From the NCBI RefSeq assembly GCF_032191835.1, contig NC_083231.1, positions 62,310,001 to 62,374,000 of the forward strand: a DNA stretch of 64,000 nucleotides, given 5' to 3'. Source of the stretch: Heteronotia binoei (taxonomy: Eukaryota). The notes under the pieces are model-generated. The model was not told where the DNA came from and did not search any database. It saw only the letters and a list, made by a program, of their open reading frames with translations. Shown here one piece after another: positions 1 to 11,806 of this stretch. The number at the start of each line of letters is the position of its first letter. Position 1 is the stretch's first letter. A program made the position numbers and the translations under genes.

Positions 1-751
1 TTTATGTTGAGCTGGAAATAAATCATACCTGATGATTTTTAACACTTCATTTTGTGTAGGTAAGTCTTCATTTTCCATGCAAATTAAATGCTAGACTTCA
101 AAGGAAACTCTTGAATACTTTTCAGTTTTCATATGGGGAACTCCCATACTGAAAATTAAATAAAAGACACATTTCCTCACATCAACAATAAATACATGTA
201 TCCATTGACTGTGTTTAATTCTGCAGACTAAATGCTAAAAATACTAAGGACCTTTCCTAATATTAGCAAGCTCGATTCTGAGCTCAACTGAAAAGAGGTC
301 TGAAGACATGTCTTTATGCCAACAGCTGATATTATAGAAGAGATGCATTGAAATATTGTTTTGAAATTTTAATTGCAAGGATGCGGCTTTATATTCTATC
401 AAAAGCTCCCTACACACTTGGAACAAGTGAGCAAAATGACTGCATGTCCATATCTGACCTTAACGGGAGTCATTAATCAAGAGTCCTTTTGTCAGATTCT
501 GTGCCAGCTGGTTGTCCAGGAAGTCTCTGAAGTGAACTGAGACAATCTGCTGTTTCTTAAACTACACTGGACGAATGTGACAGGATTCCCTTTACTGGCT
601 GTGGGGACAGACACAGTAAAGAACAAATAGGTCAGCACTGGAGGAATATTCAGATTTTACATCAGAGGACTGCATTACTGATGTATCAGAATAGCAGATC
701 CACTGAGAGTTATAAATGTGACAACTAGGTGCATGTATGTGTGCTATGAAT

Positions 752-900
752 AATAATAATAATACTTTTTATTTGTATCCCGCCCTGCCCGCCAGGGCAG
801 GCTCAGGGCGGCTCACAACATAACAATACAATATACAACAACAGTTATACTTATAAAATCATCATTAAAACGATTTACAAGTTATATTAAAATTAACATT
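752..900 (-). mobile_element. L2 LINE 3' end with (AAT)n tail
   Basis: aataataat...tttatttgtatcccgccctgcccgccagggcaggctcagggcggctcacaac resembles the 3' terminus of the full L2 at 42240. Confidence 0.75.
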
Positions 901-1040
901 ATGGTGCTATAAACATTGAACCTTCAGTAAGGTTCAGTAGCTATATGAAGTATATGCACATTTGTCTGCATGTTATATGTACTTCTATTTAGGATTATAA
1001 TTTTTTCCCATTAGATATAGAGCCCTCTTGTGTGTGTAAA

Positions 1041-1238
1041 GTGCCATCATCTTACAGCAAACATATGACAACCCAATAGGATTTTCAAGACAAGAGATGT
1101 ACAGAGATGGGTTGCCATTGCCTGCCTTTGTGTAGCAACTCTGGACTTCCCTGGTGGAATCCCATCCAGGGTTGACCCTGTTTATCTTCTGTGACATGAT
1201 GAGTTCAGGCTAGCATGGGTTATCTAGGTCTGAGCCAT
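1041..1238 (-). mobile_element. 5S rRNA-derived SINE (SINE3), degenerate
   Basis: cccatccagggttgaccctgtttatcttctgtgacatgatgag is the decayed reverse complement of the 5S internal control region; body matches the copies at 7003 and 10255. Confidence 0.6.
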
Positions 1239-1889
1239 CTTACTTTGATCCAAAAGTTATACTGTATACTGCATATTTTTCTTGTAAGCACTGCTCAAAA
1301 TGTTATGAACTTGGAAATTTCCAGTGGCTAGCTATGATAGTTCTTCCCTGACAGTAACCAACAGTTGCCTATTCACCATTTAGCATAATAATGTTGGCTA
1401 AACACCCTTATTTCCAAAGGCATCCCTGGTTACAGGGGAGCTTCATAGCCTGGGACTCTCATACCTATGGGACAGTCTTAATTGATACGTGTCTACAAGG
1501 CAGCTCTTACAATCAGAGCAGGGATTATAAGTAGTTTCTCCACTGAGGTCAAGAGAACTGTTTCTGCTTGGGCACAGGATTTTTTGGTGGATGTTTCTCT
1601 TCTATGGGTTTCCTGAAAGAGCAAGGAAGTCCCAAGCTTTCAAAGATTTTGAAGGCTTTAACATGCTTTTGATGGCTTGTGAGAGGACATCAGCTGTTAT
1701 AATAGAATAGTGGCTTGATTTCTTTTTATTTGCATAGCTTTCCTGTGAATTGAGATTTTAGCACTTTTGCATGATGTAAGACACTGATCTGGAAAAAAGT
1801 GGGATATAAATGTGTTAAATCTAGAAAAGGCAGGCAGCAGATGACTTGAATGAGCCAAATGTTGATGGGATCCTCTGTGTATATGAACT

Positions 1890-2150
1890 TAAATATTTAC
1901 ATCCTGCCTTTCCTTGTTGCTCAAGGCAGCTTACATGACACAGTTAAAACAACACAATGAAACCAATAGAGTAAACCCTCAGATAAACTCTTTCCCTCAA
2001 AAGATCCCATTAAAAGCCCTGGCATATAAAATGGCCTTGCAGCACCTCTTGAAGATTTCTAAAGATGGTGCCACACCTCAGGGAGCAGGTGGCCAACTCC
2101 AGGTTGGGGGCAGAGCCTCCAGAGAGTGGAGTCTGAGTGGTGGAGGGAGC
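1890..2150 (-). mobile_element. Old L2 3' fragment
   Basis: tttacatcctgcctttccttgttgctcaaggcagcttaca tail motif followed by decayed ORF-end sequence. Confidence 0.55.
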
Positions 2151-2219
2151 TCCAATGGGCATGTGATGCCAGAGTCCTACTTCCAAAGCTCTTATTTCTT
2201 CTTGCCAGAACTGATTTCT

Positions 2220-3315
2220 TTTTCTGTTAATACATTACCTCCCTCTTGTATTTTCAATATCTTTTTTCCCCTCTTTCTTTTTACAGTTTACATGCCAATT
2301 AATCCCCTGGTTTATTTGCAGAGTCAAAGTTCCTTTGTTTTACATAGTTCCATTTTATTTCAGTTTCTCCTATTATTAACAGAGATACCTGTTGCTGTAA
2401 AATCTTGATTTGTTGAGGGATATTTGAATTTCCTGGGGAATTTCTTAGTTTTTCTTTTCTTTTCCTCACATTCAGAATATTTTCTATCTTCTCTTGCTTC
2501 TTTCTCTTAAGTTGGGTGCTACGTTGTATTAAGTAACCTCTAATAAAGGCTTTACTTGCATCTCAGACCATTCTTAAATCTACTGATTATTTAAATTGAT
2601 TTTGAAAAATTATTTTCATTTCTTTTTGCAGCCATCAACAATTGTTTCATTTTGTAGCAATGCATTATTTATTTATTTATATTTCTATCCCACCGTCCCT
2701 TAAGGCTCAGGGTGGGTTACAACAGGTTAAAACAGTTAAAACAGATTTAAAGGCAACAAAACAGATTCCATATATGACATAAACAGCATGATCCCCGTTC
2801 AAAACTCTGCCTCAACAGCCAATCCAAATCACCAAACTGGGGAAGGGGGGGAGTCCAAATTAAGACAACCATTTCCTCCTCAACTAAAGGCCTGGTGGAA
2901 GAGCTCCATTTCACAGGCCTTGCGGAACTGTAAGAGATCACACAGGGCCCTGATCTCCAAGGGGAGCTCATTCAACCAGGCGGGTGCCAGGCTGAAAATT
3001 CCCTGGCCCTTCTTGAGGCAATCTGGACATCTTTGGGGCCAAGGACTACCAGAAGATGTTGAATTGCAGATCGTAGGGACTGATGGGGAGAAGCGATCCT
3101 GAAGGTATGCTGGCCCCTGACTGTATATTTAATTTCCATCCAAAGTTGCTGGATTTTCCTTTATAAACCACAGTCTCAGGGTTATGATATGAGAAAGTCT
3201 TTGATAAAATCTCTACTTTAGAAATTTTGGTAGCTAGATCTCTTGATGTCAAAAATCATATCCATTCTTGTAAATAATCTATGTCTTTCTGAAAAAAATA
3301 AGTTTGAAAAATCCC
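2220..3315 (-). mobile_element. Old L1 ORF2 segment (endonuclease C-terminus to linker), inverted relative to the adjacent + segment and interrupted by an L2
   Basis: Minus-strand translations FFSERH..MDMI, SRDLATKISKVEILSKTFSYHNP (SDHNP-type motif), DASKAFIRGYLI, FDSANKPG. Confidence 0.7.
2665..3125 (-). mobile_element. L2 3' fragment nested in the old L1
   Basis: ttattatttatttatatttctatcccaccgtcccttaaggctcagggtgggttacaac tail plus ORF end similar to 42442-42700. Confidence 0.75.
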
Positions 3316-3640
3316 TTTGAATCTGCAAAGAAACCAGGGAAATTGTTGGCATATAAACTGAAAAGAAAAAGAGAAAAGAAAATGATACTGAAAATACAAG
3401 AGGGAAATAATGTGTTAACAGATACAATGGCTATTCAAAAATAATTTTATCGGTATTATTCAAATTTATATGAGTTATGATATTCCACTAGAAAAAAATA
3501 TATTAATGTATTAGAAAACAAAATTTACCTAGGATTATAGACCAACAATGATGAATTATGAATGGACCTATAACAATAAGAGAAGCGGTAGAAATGATAT
3601 TAAAAAAAAGACTAAACGAGGTAAGGTCCTTGGACCAGAT

Positions 3641-4149
3641 CTCTCTCTCTCGGCTTGGCTTCGCGAACGAAGATTTAAGAAGGGTGCAATAGTCCACGTT
3701 TGCTGCAGGCTCGCTGGTGGCTGACAAGACCAATGTGGGACAGGCAGGTCCGGCCACAGCGGCTGCAGGGAAAAGTCTGATTTAGGGTTGGTCCTGTAGC
3801 AGTGCGATTCTTCCTCAATCTCCTTTTGTCCTCAAGACCAGCTATGCGGGCGTTCTCAAAGGAAGAGACAGCCTGGTGGATGGTGTGCCTCCATGCTTTG
3901 CGATCTGAGGCTAGGTCAGACCACTGGTGATGGTTGATGTGACAGGCGCTAAGGGATTTCTTCAAGGAGTCCTTGTACCTCTTCTTTGGTGCCCCTCTAT
4001 TTCGATGGCCGGTGGAGAGTTCGCCATACAGGGCAATCTTGGGAAGGCGGTGGTTTTCCATCCTAGAAATATGCCCTGCCCAGCGCAGCTGCGTCTTCAA
4101 CAGCAGTGCCTCGATGCTGGTAACCTCTGCCCGCTTGAGGACTTCAGTG
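3641..4149 (-). mobile_element. 5'-truncated RTE-clade LINE (non-BovB) with (GA)n tail; open C-terminal frame 3675-4100
   Basis: LRWAGHISRMENHRLPKIALYGEL..GAPKKRYKD and C2H2 finger CSRCGRTCLSHIGLVSHQRAC; 11-bp TSD TTGGACCAGAT at 3630-3640 and 4150-4160. Confidence 0.9.
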
Positions 4150-4475
4150 TTGGACCAGATGGTCTTCTGGGTATTGTATTAAAAATGTTTTGAGGATGAA
4201 CTTTTACAACTCTTACAAAATACGATGAACTCCATTTTACAAGAAGGAAAGATGCAAGAGACATGAAAAGAGGTTAATGTAACCTTAATATCTGACGATG
4301 GACAAGATCTGACATTGACAAGAATGTCAACAGACCAATATCATTGTTATAAATAATGACTACAAGTTGCTCACAAAGATATTAGATGAAAGACGTAGAA
4401 TAATTCTTCAAGAATTTATACATGAAGATCAAAGTGAATTTTTATGTAAAAGGCAGTTGAAATACCTTTAGAACT

Positions 4476-4606
4476 GTAAAATACCTTTAGAACTTTACGT
4501 AAATGTGTATATTTTAGTATGTAAGGTGTATTACTGCGTATTACTGTGTTAAATGTTTAAATGTTTAATAATAAAAAGTAACTTGTTAAATATATATAAA
4601 AAGAAA
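4476..4606 (+). mobile_element. Very short retroposed 3'-tail insertion (probably an L1 3' UTR end)
   Basis: 17-bp direct repeat GAAATACCTTTAGAACT at 4459-4475 and 4607-4623; AATAAA followed by an A-rich end. Confidence 0.6.
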
Positions 4607-5399
4607 GAAATACCTTTAGAACTATATTAGAAATTTTGGAATACCTGGAAAAAATAATGAAAAATAAGCTGCATTTTTTTTTTTAGATGCAGAAAAGGGT
4701 TTTGATAATTTGAACTGAACCTTTTTGTTTAAAGTCTTGGAGGATGTGGACTTTGAGAAAATTTTATAAAATGGATAAAATTGATTTATACATCACAGAC
4801 AATACAAATAATTATTGATGGACAATTGACTAAACCATGTGAGATACAAAGAGGAACAAGATTGTTCACTGTCATTTCTTCTGTTTGTTCTTGTTCCTAG
4901 GATTATTCTGAACCTAGGATTATTCTGAAAATACCTCTGTGGTTATCACTACAAGAAGCTCATTTTAGAAGAAAAATGGCGAGTTTGTATAAATGGTTAG
5001 TATATTGTGATATGCTGAAATTTTTACAAGATGAATATAAATTAAAATCCAGTTTAAATTTGATATTAGAAGGATATACCTGTCAATGGTTTTTGTATTT
5101 ACAAATCTTTAAAAGGTTCAAACTAGATAAAAAGTATGGTGAATTTGAGCAATTTAAGATTGAATTTGAAACAGAACTATGTACAAATGATGAACATGTT
5201 ATTGGTAAAATATGCAAATTCTTGTTTAAATATGAGACAGAGAAAGAACAAGTGAAATAATGTATAAAAATATGGTCTAAAATTTTGGATATAGCATACA
5301 AATGAAATAATGGGAATATATGTGGTTAAAAGGGTTGAAATTTACATTGATTCTAGTCTTATAGATCTTAAACTGCTCTGGAAAAGCTCTATTCCATTC

Positions 5400-5880
5400 C
5401 AAACACGTGGATCCAGTCCTTCTAAAACATCAGCCTTCCCAACCAACACCAGCTTTGTCTGCTCTGGATTCATCTTCAGCTTGTTCTGCCTCAGCTTCCA
5501 AAGCCTCAAAACACCAATTCAGGGCCAATTCAGATGCATCTAGAGGCTTAGAACAGAATATAGGGGTGGGTGTCACTAGCATATTGATGACACCAAAGCT
5601 TAGGACAATTTCATCCAGCAGCCTTATCTAGGATACTGAGAGATGGAAAAACTGTGTCCTACTCTGGAAGAACATCAGTGGTGTTTTAAGTGACATAGCA
5701 TATGACGGGCTGCAGTCCTTTCTTACATCACTGTGGAAAGCATCCTTTTCTGCCAGGAACTTAGCCAGCTCATAAAGCTTGTCTAACATAAATGAATAAA
5801 ACTGGTGAAGGGTGCATCTCACATCAACTGCTAATATGACTCACTGCTCCATCAAGTTTTCAGGAGGGAAAATTCTGGTC
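5400..5880 (-). mobile_element. Old L2 RT-region fragment
   Basis: Minus strand gives LRQNKLKMNP and a decayed CHQYADD-like region, comparable to the intact L2 ORF. Confidence 0.6.
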
Positions 5881-7002
5881 TTAGCTACACAAGAGAGAGA
5901 TATGACATTAAGAGACTCTTAACAACACAGTAATCATCATTAATTTAACTGCAATATTGTTGGGAGAATGTAAGTTAGAAAGAGGAAATGTTTGCCAGCA
6001 TCCTGGTTTCCCCCCACAAAAAACCTTTACTTCAGAAAAAGCTGATTCTATTCATTAATCTACACATAGAAGGGAAAGAGTATGAAAAGGGGAAGAAGCA
6101 GACACACTGGCAAACCAGCAGTGATGAAGAGAAGCAGGGCTTAGTTGCCAGAAGGCCCCTCTGAAAAGACAGGCTGGGAGAACTTGATCCATTATCCACT
6201 GAAAGGCCTGACAGTAGAAGCCACCTGTGGTTCATGACTGTACATGGTGGTGCTGTTAGTATTTGAGTAATTAATTGTGTTCATGTTAACTTCTTTATTG
6301 CGGGTCACTGCTGCAGACCTTGGTTTGTTGGGAGAAACAGCCTATGAGTGCTGCCTGCTCAGAACGCTGCTGGCTTTGCTATAGAAGCTTTTTATAGTCT
6401 TTCTAAAGCATGAGGTCTGAAAAGGCAGCATGATTCCTGTAACTTGTACATCCCAAGATGAACTCTCACATCCATTATTGATTTACCTTTGTTTTACTAT
6501 TACTGCTCCAGTTTTATTAACAGGAGCATGAGGAAAAAGAAATAAATGTCGAGGAGGTACAGTGCAGGATAAGACCTCCAAGCTGAGCTCATGGCAAACT
6601 GTTATGTAGGGAATACATTGGTATTCTGAACATATATACAGAGGGTTCAAAACAGCCTCCCCCTTTCCCTTTTCTTTAAAAAAAATGTTGTAGGAGTAAA
6701 CTTCATTTCAAAATAGCCCTTGGACTCCTGTACTTAAATAATACTACTCATTTAACCTATAGTTTTGAGTAGCGCCACATTAGAATCTGCATAACCCAGA
6801 CTGAAGAATAATTTTAAAATAATTTCTACTGGCTATAATGTATGGACTGTCCATACAATAATTCAGCAACTGTATTTGTGCCATCTGTGAATACCTATTG
6901 CTATGTCACTGATGATAATACTGAATAGAGAGTTAGTTAATTTAATTACCACATTAATTACCACATTATAGTCTGGTTTTTCTACAAAGACTCACAGACA
7001 AT

Positions 7003-7192
7003 GGTGGTGGTGGGAAGTGCCATCATGTTGCAGTGGCCTTATGGTGACCCTATAGCAAAGCAAGAGACTGACAGAGGTACATTGCCATTGCCTGCCTCTG
7101 CCTTGCAACCCTCATATTCCTTGATGGTTGCCCATCTAAATGCTAACCAGAAATGACCCTGCTTAGCTTCCGAGATCAGTATAGCTTGAACT
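7003..7192 (-). mobile_element. 5S rRNA-derived SINE (SINE3)
   Basis: cccatctaaatgctaaccagaaatgaccctgcttagcttccgagatcag is the reverse complement of 5S A/C boxes; (CCA)-like tail. Confidence 0.7.
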
Positions 7193-7199
7193 ATCAAAA

Positions 7200-7600
7200 A
7201 ATGATTACAATTTTTTAAACACAATAAAATACAATAAAAAACATACAAGCAATAAAAACTATCTAGAAAACTAGGGTGGCACCTTCAAGCCTTGTTCAGA
7301 TGAGTAAACCTGTTGCAGTGGAGCAGGTAGGGAGAGGTGGCCCTGCCAGTACGTTGGTCCCATATCATGAAGGACTTTATAGGTAATAACTAGTACCTTG
7401 ACCTGAATCCAGAAACCCAGAAGCAACTGCAAAATAGGTGCATAATCTACCTCCTGATAGCAGCAGAGCTGCAGCTTTCTGTACAGCAGTCCCATGTATA
7501 GCGCTTTACCATAGCCTAGCCTCAAGGTCACTGTGGAATGGATCCACATGGCCAAATTGGCAGAGACAAGGCTGGGAGCCATTTTCCATGCTAAATGTAT
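7200..7600 (-). mobile_element. Old L2 3' fragment
   Basis: ORF 7271-7609: TVTLRLGYGKALYMGL..RKLQL..QVKVLVITYKVLH, homologous to the intact L2 C-terminus. Confidence 0.75.
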
Positions 7601-7705
7601 ATGAAACAAATCATGTTTTTTTTTCTTTTCACAATTGCAATTAACTATCTGGATCTAGTATAATCCCACAACTGAGTATGTCAAGTTTAGCTGCACTCCA
7701 TCAAA

Positions 7706-8865
7706 TGTGAGAAATATAATGTCCACTTCCAGAAATTATTGCTAAATTTATCAAGGACACTAATTAAGTAAAACAATTAAAATTTATTACAGAAATTATA
7801 GAACATACATACAAGGTAATGAACACATACAACACCCATACAGTTCTAATAAAAATAGAGTGAAATACATAGAGGTAACAAGGATGGACAAACAGGGTGA
7901 TAATTACCGATCGTAGTCTTCAAGGAAGGCTCCAATGGTGACAGACGAGGACTAGGGGGAAGGGGACCCTCAACTGGCCAAGAATCGTGGATGTATCTAA
8001 ACAGCAGGAATGGGGTCCTGCTAGATGCACACCTGTGGAGAGTTGGGACTGTGGTTATAAGGACTACCTTGAGCCCTTAGGGGATGGGAGGTACAGGGGT
8101 GGATGACAGGTGGTCAGCTGGTACATGATCTCAAAAAAAAGGGGAGGCTCCGCAATGACCATAAGGACTGGACTTATGCGGTAGCCAATAGCCAGTTTAT
8201 TGGGGCACCTGATTGGATGCCCATACCTAGCCAATGAGCAGACCTGGCCCTGGTTACCTGATTGGACTTCCAGATAACAATGGGCCAAAGGGGGAAGCTC
8301 CAGGATGACCATTAAGGGAAAGAAAGGGTGAAATTATTGGGGTGCAGGTGATTAAAGGCTATCAAAACTTATCTAAAAGTTGACAATAGATGGCCAAATT
8401 GCTACCTAAAGTAACACCTGATCTATACAAAGAAACTTGGCTCTGGGTGAAGATGTTCTTCCTCTTCTTCATTCCTCTACTGGAACCATCCTTTGTCTTG
8501 GGTTGCGTTGGACAAAGGCTTTAGGAAGTCTGACAGGAGCCACACCTAAGATAAGCTTGATTGCCTTATGCATAGGTGACATCTGTTGAGTACGTGAGCC
8601 TCCCGCTTCGCTGTAATGGAGTCTGGCACTGCAGGAAGATAGTTGTTGGTGATGTTAGCCTTCCCATATGGATTCTATGGTCAAGGCTGGAATCTGCTTG
8701 CCTGGACAGTTCCTGGTGGCGCAACTTCTTTCACTGCAATGGCCGAGATGGTGAGCGCACGGAGCGACTGGAAACCCATCTTTCCTCCTGCTTAGCACTC
8801 TTCCAGAGACACGGAGCGCTGCTGCAAAGTTGTGGCTGTTAGTACTCACATAAGTCCCTTACAGT
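7706..8865 (-). mobile_element. Putative long solo LTR
   Basis: TGTAAGG...CTCACA termini on the minus strand, AATAAA near 7790 (-), cluster of CCAAT/ATTGG boxes at about 8185-8265; no TSD found. Confidence 0.4.
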
Positions 8866-8866
8866 G

Positions 8867-9090
8867 TGGTAGACAAAACCCATGTTTTCCTGGCAGATGT
8901 GTGTGAGTTGAGTCTCCAGGCACCCTGGCAACCAAACGGGTGACTATGATGTTCTGAAATTAGGGGTCTTTTTCTCACAGCGGGGCCTGCTCAGCAGTTA
9001 CGAAGTTAAGCCATCAGCATGCTGTACTCAATAAAGAGCTTGTTATCACTACTGCCTCGAGTCCTCGATGCCTAGAACCCACTATATTAT
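8867..9090 (+). mobile_element. LTR fragment or solo LTR
   Basis: 3' part catgctgtactcaataaagagc...gaacccactatattata is homologous to the R/U5 end of the LTRs at 18549 and 31395. Confidence 0.55.
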
Positions 9091-9422
9091 ACCAACCAAG
9101 ACCCACAGTCTTGCCTCTATGTCTTAAGCATGCCAGACAACTGCACTAGACTGCTTTCCCCCTAGCATTAGTATTTCTACATTTTATGAAGGCTCTAATA
9201 AATATAAAGTCACAAAAGCAAATAAAGATCTGAGCATTAAAAGGAATTGATAGTGCTGGCTAAAAAAACCTCATCTGGCAATCCTAAAACTGTTTGCTGG
9301 TCCTTCTCGCTCTTCATTCTTTCAGCAAACAAGTAAGGAACTCTTGAATTTGCCTTCAAAATCCTGAGGCTGCTGCTCAGGTCATGGATGTGGCAAAAGA
9401 CCAAATAAGCAAGAGAACAGGG

Positions 9423-9470
<48 letters not shown>

Positions 9471-10100
9471 TTTATTTGTATCCCGCCCTCCCCGCTAAGG
9501 CGGCTCAGGGCGGCTAACAGCATCTATACATGTACAACAATAGGTAATAGATAAAACTTAGTTAACAATAAAAACATCTAAACATTATAAAAACCCGTTA
9601 ATAATTTAAAAAATTTAAAATTCACAGTTTGAGTTAAATTAATCTGGCAGCATAATAATATTCTGACGCTGGTGCCTGCCAGTTTAAGTATCTATACTGA
9701 CGAGAGTCTTGAGACACGGCTACTCTAGGTCCTAATTCAGTAGCCGGCATACGCTTGTTTAAAGAGGACCGTTTTGCAGGCCCTGCGGAATTGGTCGAGA
9801 TTCCGCAGGGCCCGCACCTCCTCTGGGAGCTGATTCCATAGGACCGGGGCCGCAGCTAAAAAGGCCCGCACTCTGGTGTTTTGCAGCTTGACTTCTCTTG
9901 GTCCAGGGATAATCATTTTGTTTTTCCCAACTGATCTCAGTGCCCTCTGGGGTTCATATGGGGAGAGACGGTCCCTCAGGTAGGCTGGTCCTCGGCCATA
10001 TAAGGCTTTAAAGGTAATAACCAACACTTTGTACTGGACTCGGTATGCAGTTGGTAACCAGTGCAGTTCGCGCAGCCCTGGCCGTATGTGCTCCCATTTC
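9423..10100 (-). mobile_element. 5'-truncated young L2 with about 15 AAT repeats as tail
   Basis: EHIRPGLRELHWLP..YKVLVITFKALYG..LRDRLSP..FRRACKT, close to the intact L2; (AAT)n at 9423-9468. Confidence 0.9.
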
Positions 10101-10254
10101 GGATGTGGATGGCTGACTCTGAATTGTATGTTAATTGCTTTGTTAGGACCTGGAAAGGATGGGGGGTGATTCTTGCAAGATGGATTGTGCTTCCAAGAAC
10201 TGCAAAGCCACAAATTTCAGCTGCTGTAATATCTGTCAAGCCTTGAGGATGGCT

Positions 10255-10450
10255 GAGGCTAGCAAATCTCATCAGAACTTGGAAGCTAAGCAGGGTTGGT
10301 CTTGGTTAGTACTTGGATAGGAGACCACCAAGAAAGCCCAGGGTAGCTACACAGAAACAGGCAATGGCAAACCAATTCTGTTTGTCTCTTGTCTTGAAAC
10401 CCCACAGTTTCACTGCGAGTCAACTGTGACTTGACCCCACTTTCCACCAC
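10255..10450 (+). mobile_element. 5S rRNA-derived SINE (SINE3; resembles the 5S-Sauria type)
   Basis: ggaagctaagcagggttggtcttggttagtacttggataggagacc matches the 5S A box, IE and C box; ends gtcaactgtgacttgacc...ccaccacc. Confidence 0.8.
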
Positions 10451-11612
10451 CAATATCAGTGGATTGGCAAGGTAGCAGCTTGGAGCAATGACTACCAAGC
10501 CCAGCATTTCTCCGCTACCTGCTCCATAAAGTTTCCTGTGTCTATTTAAGAAGTGTCTGTTGGACCTAAAAATCAAGGATGATGGACCTAAAGATCAAGA
10601 ATTAAGATGGAAAACAATTCTGACCCAACAAAGGGAAAGTTTAGTAAGAGCTGCTGGAATGTGCTGTGTTTTACTCTATCTCATATTTCTCTGTTTTGCT
10701 CTGTGCCTCATATTTCTCTGCATTACTGTCTTATTTATTTACTTCATTTATATATGTTATATTTTCTGTATGTCTTGATCTAACAATGGCACAACTTCAC
10801 TTGTTTTGATCCCAGAATATTTAATACTGTGGTTACATTCCTGAGGGGGAAAAACCCTTCTATAAGAAGTATAATGGCACTGATTCTATTTGAATTTGTT
10901 CACACTATCTCTATTTCTTATTTATGAGTGACATATGAGGCAGTTATTGGGAGAAGTGGCAACCACAGTTGATTGCCTCTGCTAGGGTCCTGTGCTGGAT
11001 CATTCTGGGGAGCTTCTCCAGGTCATTTTGCTCTAAGGGAAGTAGCAGCCACCTCCTCTGCCAGCCCTGTAGCTCCTACTGGGGCTCTGTTTTTAGATGT
11101 GCGGGTCTTTTATACATTTCCCAACACAGTTTGTAGGTGATGATCCCACCCACAGCAGTGCCCCATCACTTTCAACCAGGCCAACTTCATGCTTCAGAGC
11201 TGCCACCCATTTTCTTGCCCCCACATCTTATAGAAGAAATTATGCACAGGACAATCATAATAATGGAACAGCTTTATGGGAAACAGCTATGCTGGAGATA
11301 TTTCTGCAATTCATTTTGCTTAACAACATCACAGTAACCCAACAACTAACAGACCCTGGCAGTGTTCATCTATGTAAATGGGGTAACTTTTTGCATGTAT
11401 CTTCATTTTTATTTGGTCATCTAGTCAAAATAGTAGCCTGGATTACTTTGGGATTTAAGCTAAAAGAAAAACAGATGTCTGTATCAAACTAATCCAAATT
11501 ATTTACAAAGCCAGTTTGATCCTGACAGTGTCAAATAATAGTCAACTTTTTATTTTTGAAAGTTCTGCCATTTATTATGAATTCCTGAACTACATCCTTA
11601 TAAAGCCCCAAG

Positions 11613-11806
11613 CAGGGGGGGGGTTTGTAGAAAAAGCTCAGCAGGAACTCATTTGCATATTAGGTCACACTCGCTGACATCACTGTTTTCATACATGGCT
11701 TTTGTGTAGAAAAAGCCTAGCAGGGACTCATATTAAATCACACCCTCTGATGCCAAGTCAGCCGGAACTGCATTCCTGTGCGTTCCTGCTCAAAAAAAGA
11801 GCCCTG
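11613..11806. mobile_element. hAT-type MITE carrying an octamer ATTTGCAT
   Basis: CAGGG...GCCCTG termini; 8-bp TSD GCCCCAAG/GCCCCAAT; octamer at 11651-11658. Confidence 0.7.

Larger units (their letters stand above)
3315..5340 (+). mobile_element. Old L1 ORF2 segment (linker, RT, thumb), pseudogenised, with nested insertions
   Basis: FESAKKPGKLLAYKLK, GKVLGPDG (split by the RTE), LRTILEILEYL..FFLDAEKGFDNL, plus an A-rich sense strand; many stops and frameshifts. Confidence 0.8.

Noticed and set aside
9318-9340. Possible 7-nt microexon (TTTCAG|CAAACAA|GTAAGG)
   Set aside because: Not frame-preserving and no host gene to place it in.
10255-10335. 5S rRNA gene
   Set aside because: Partial, diverged, lacking the 5S 3' end and terminator, and fused to a repeat body; called a SINE3 instead.
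11097-11492. 131-aa plus-strand ORF
   Set aside because: No recognisable domain, no donor or homology; length is compatible with chance.
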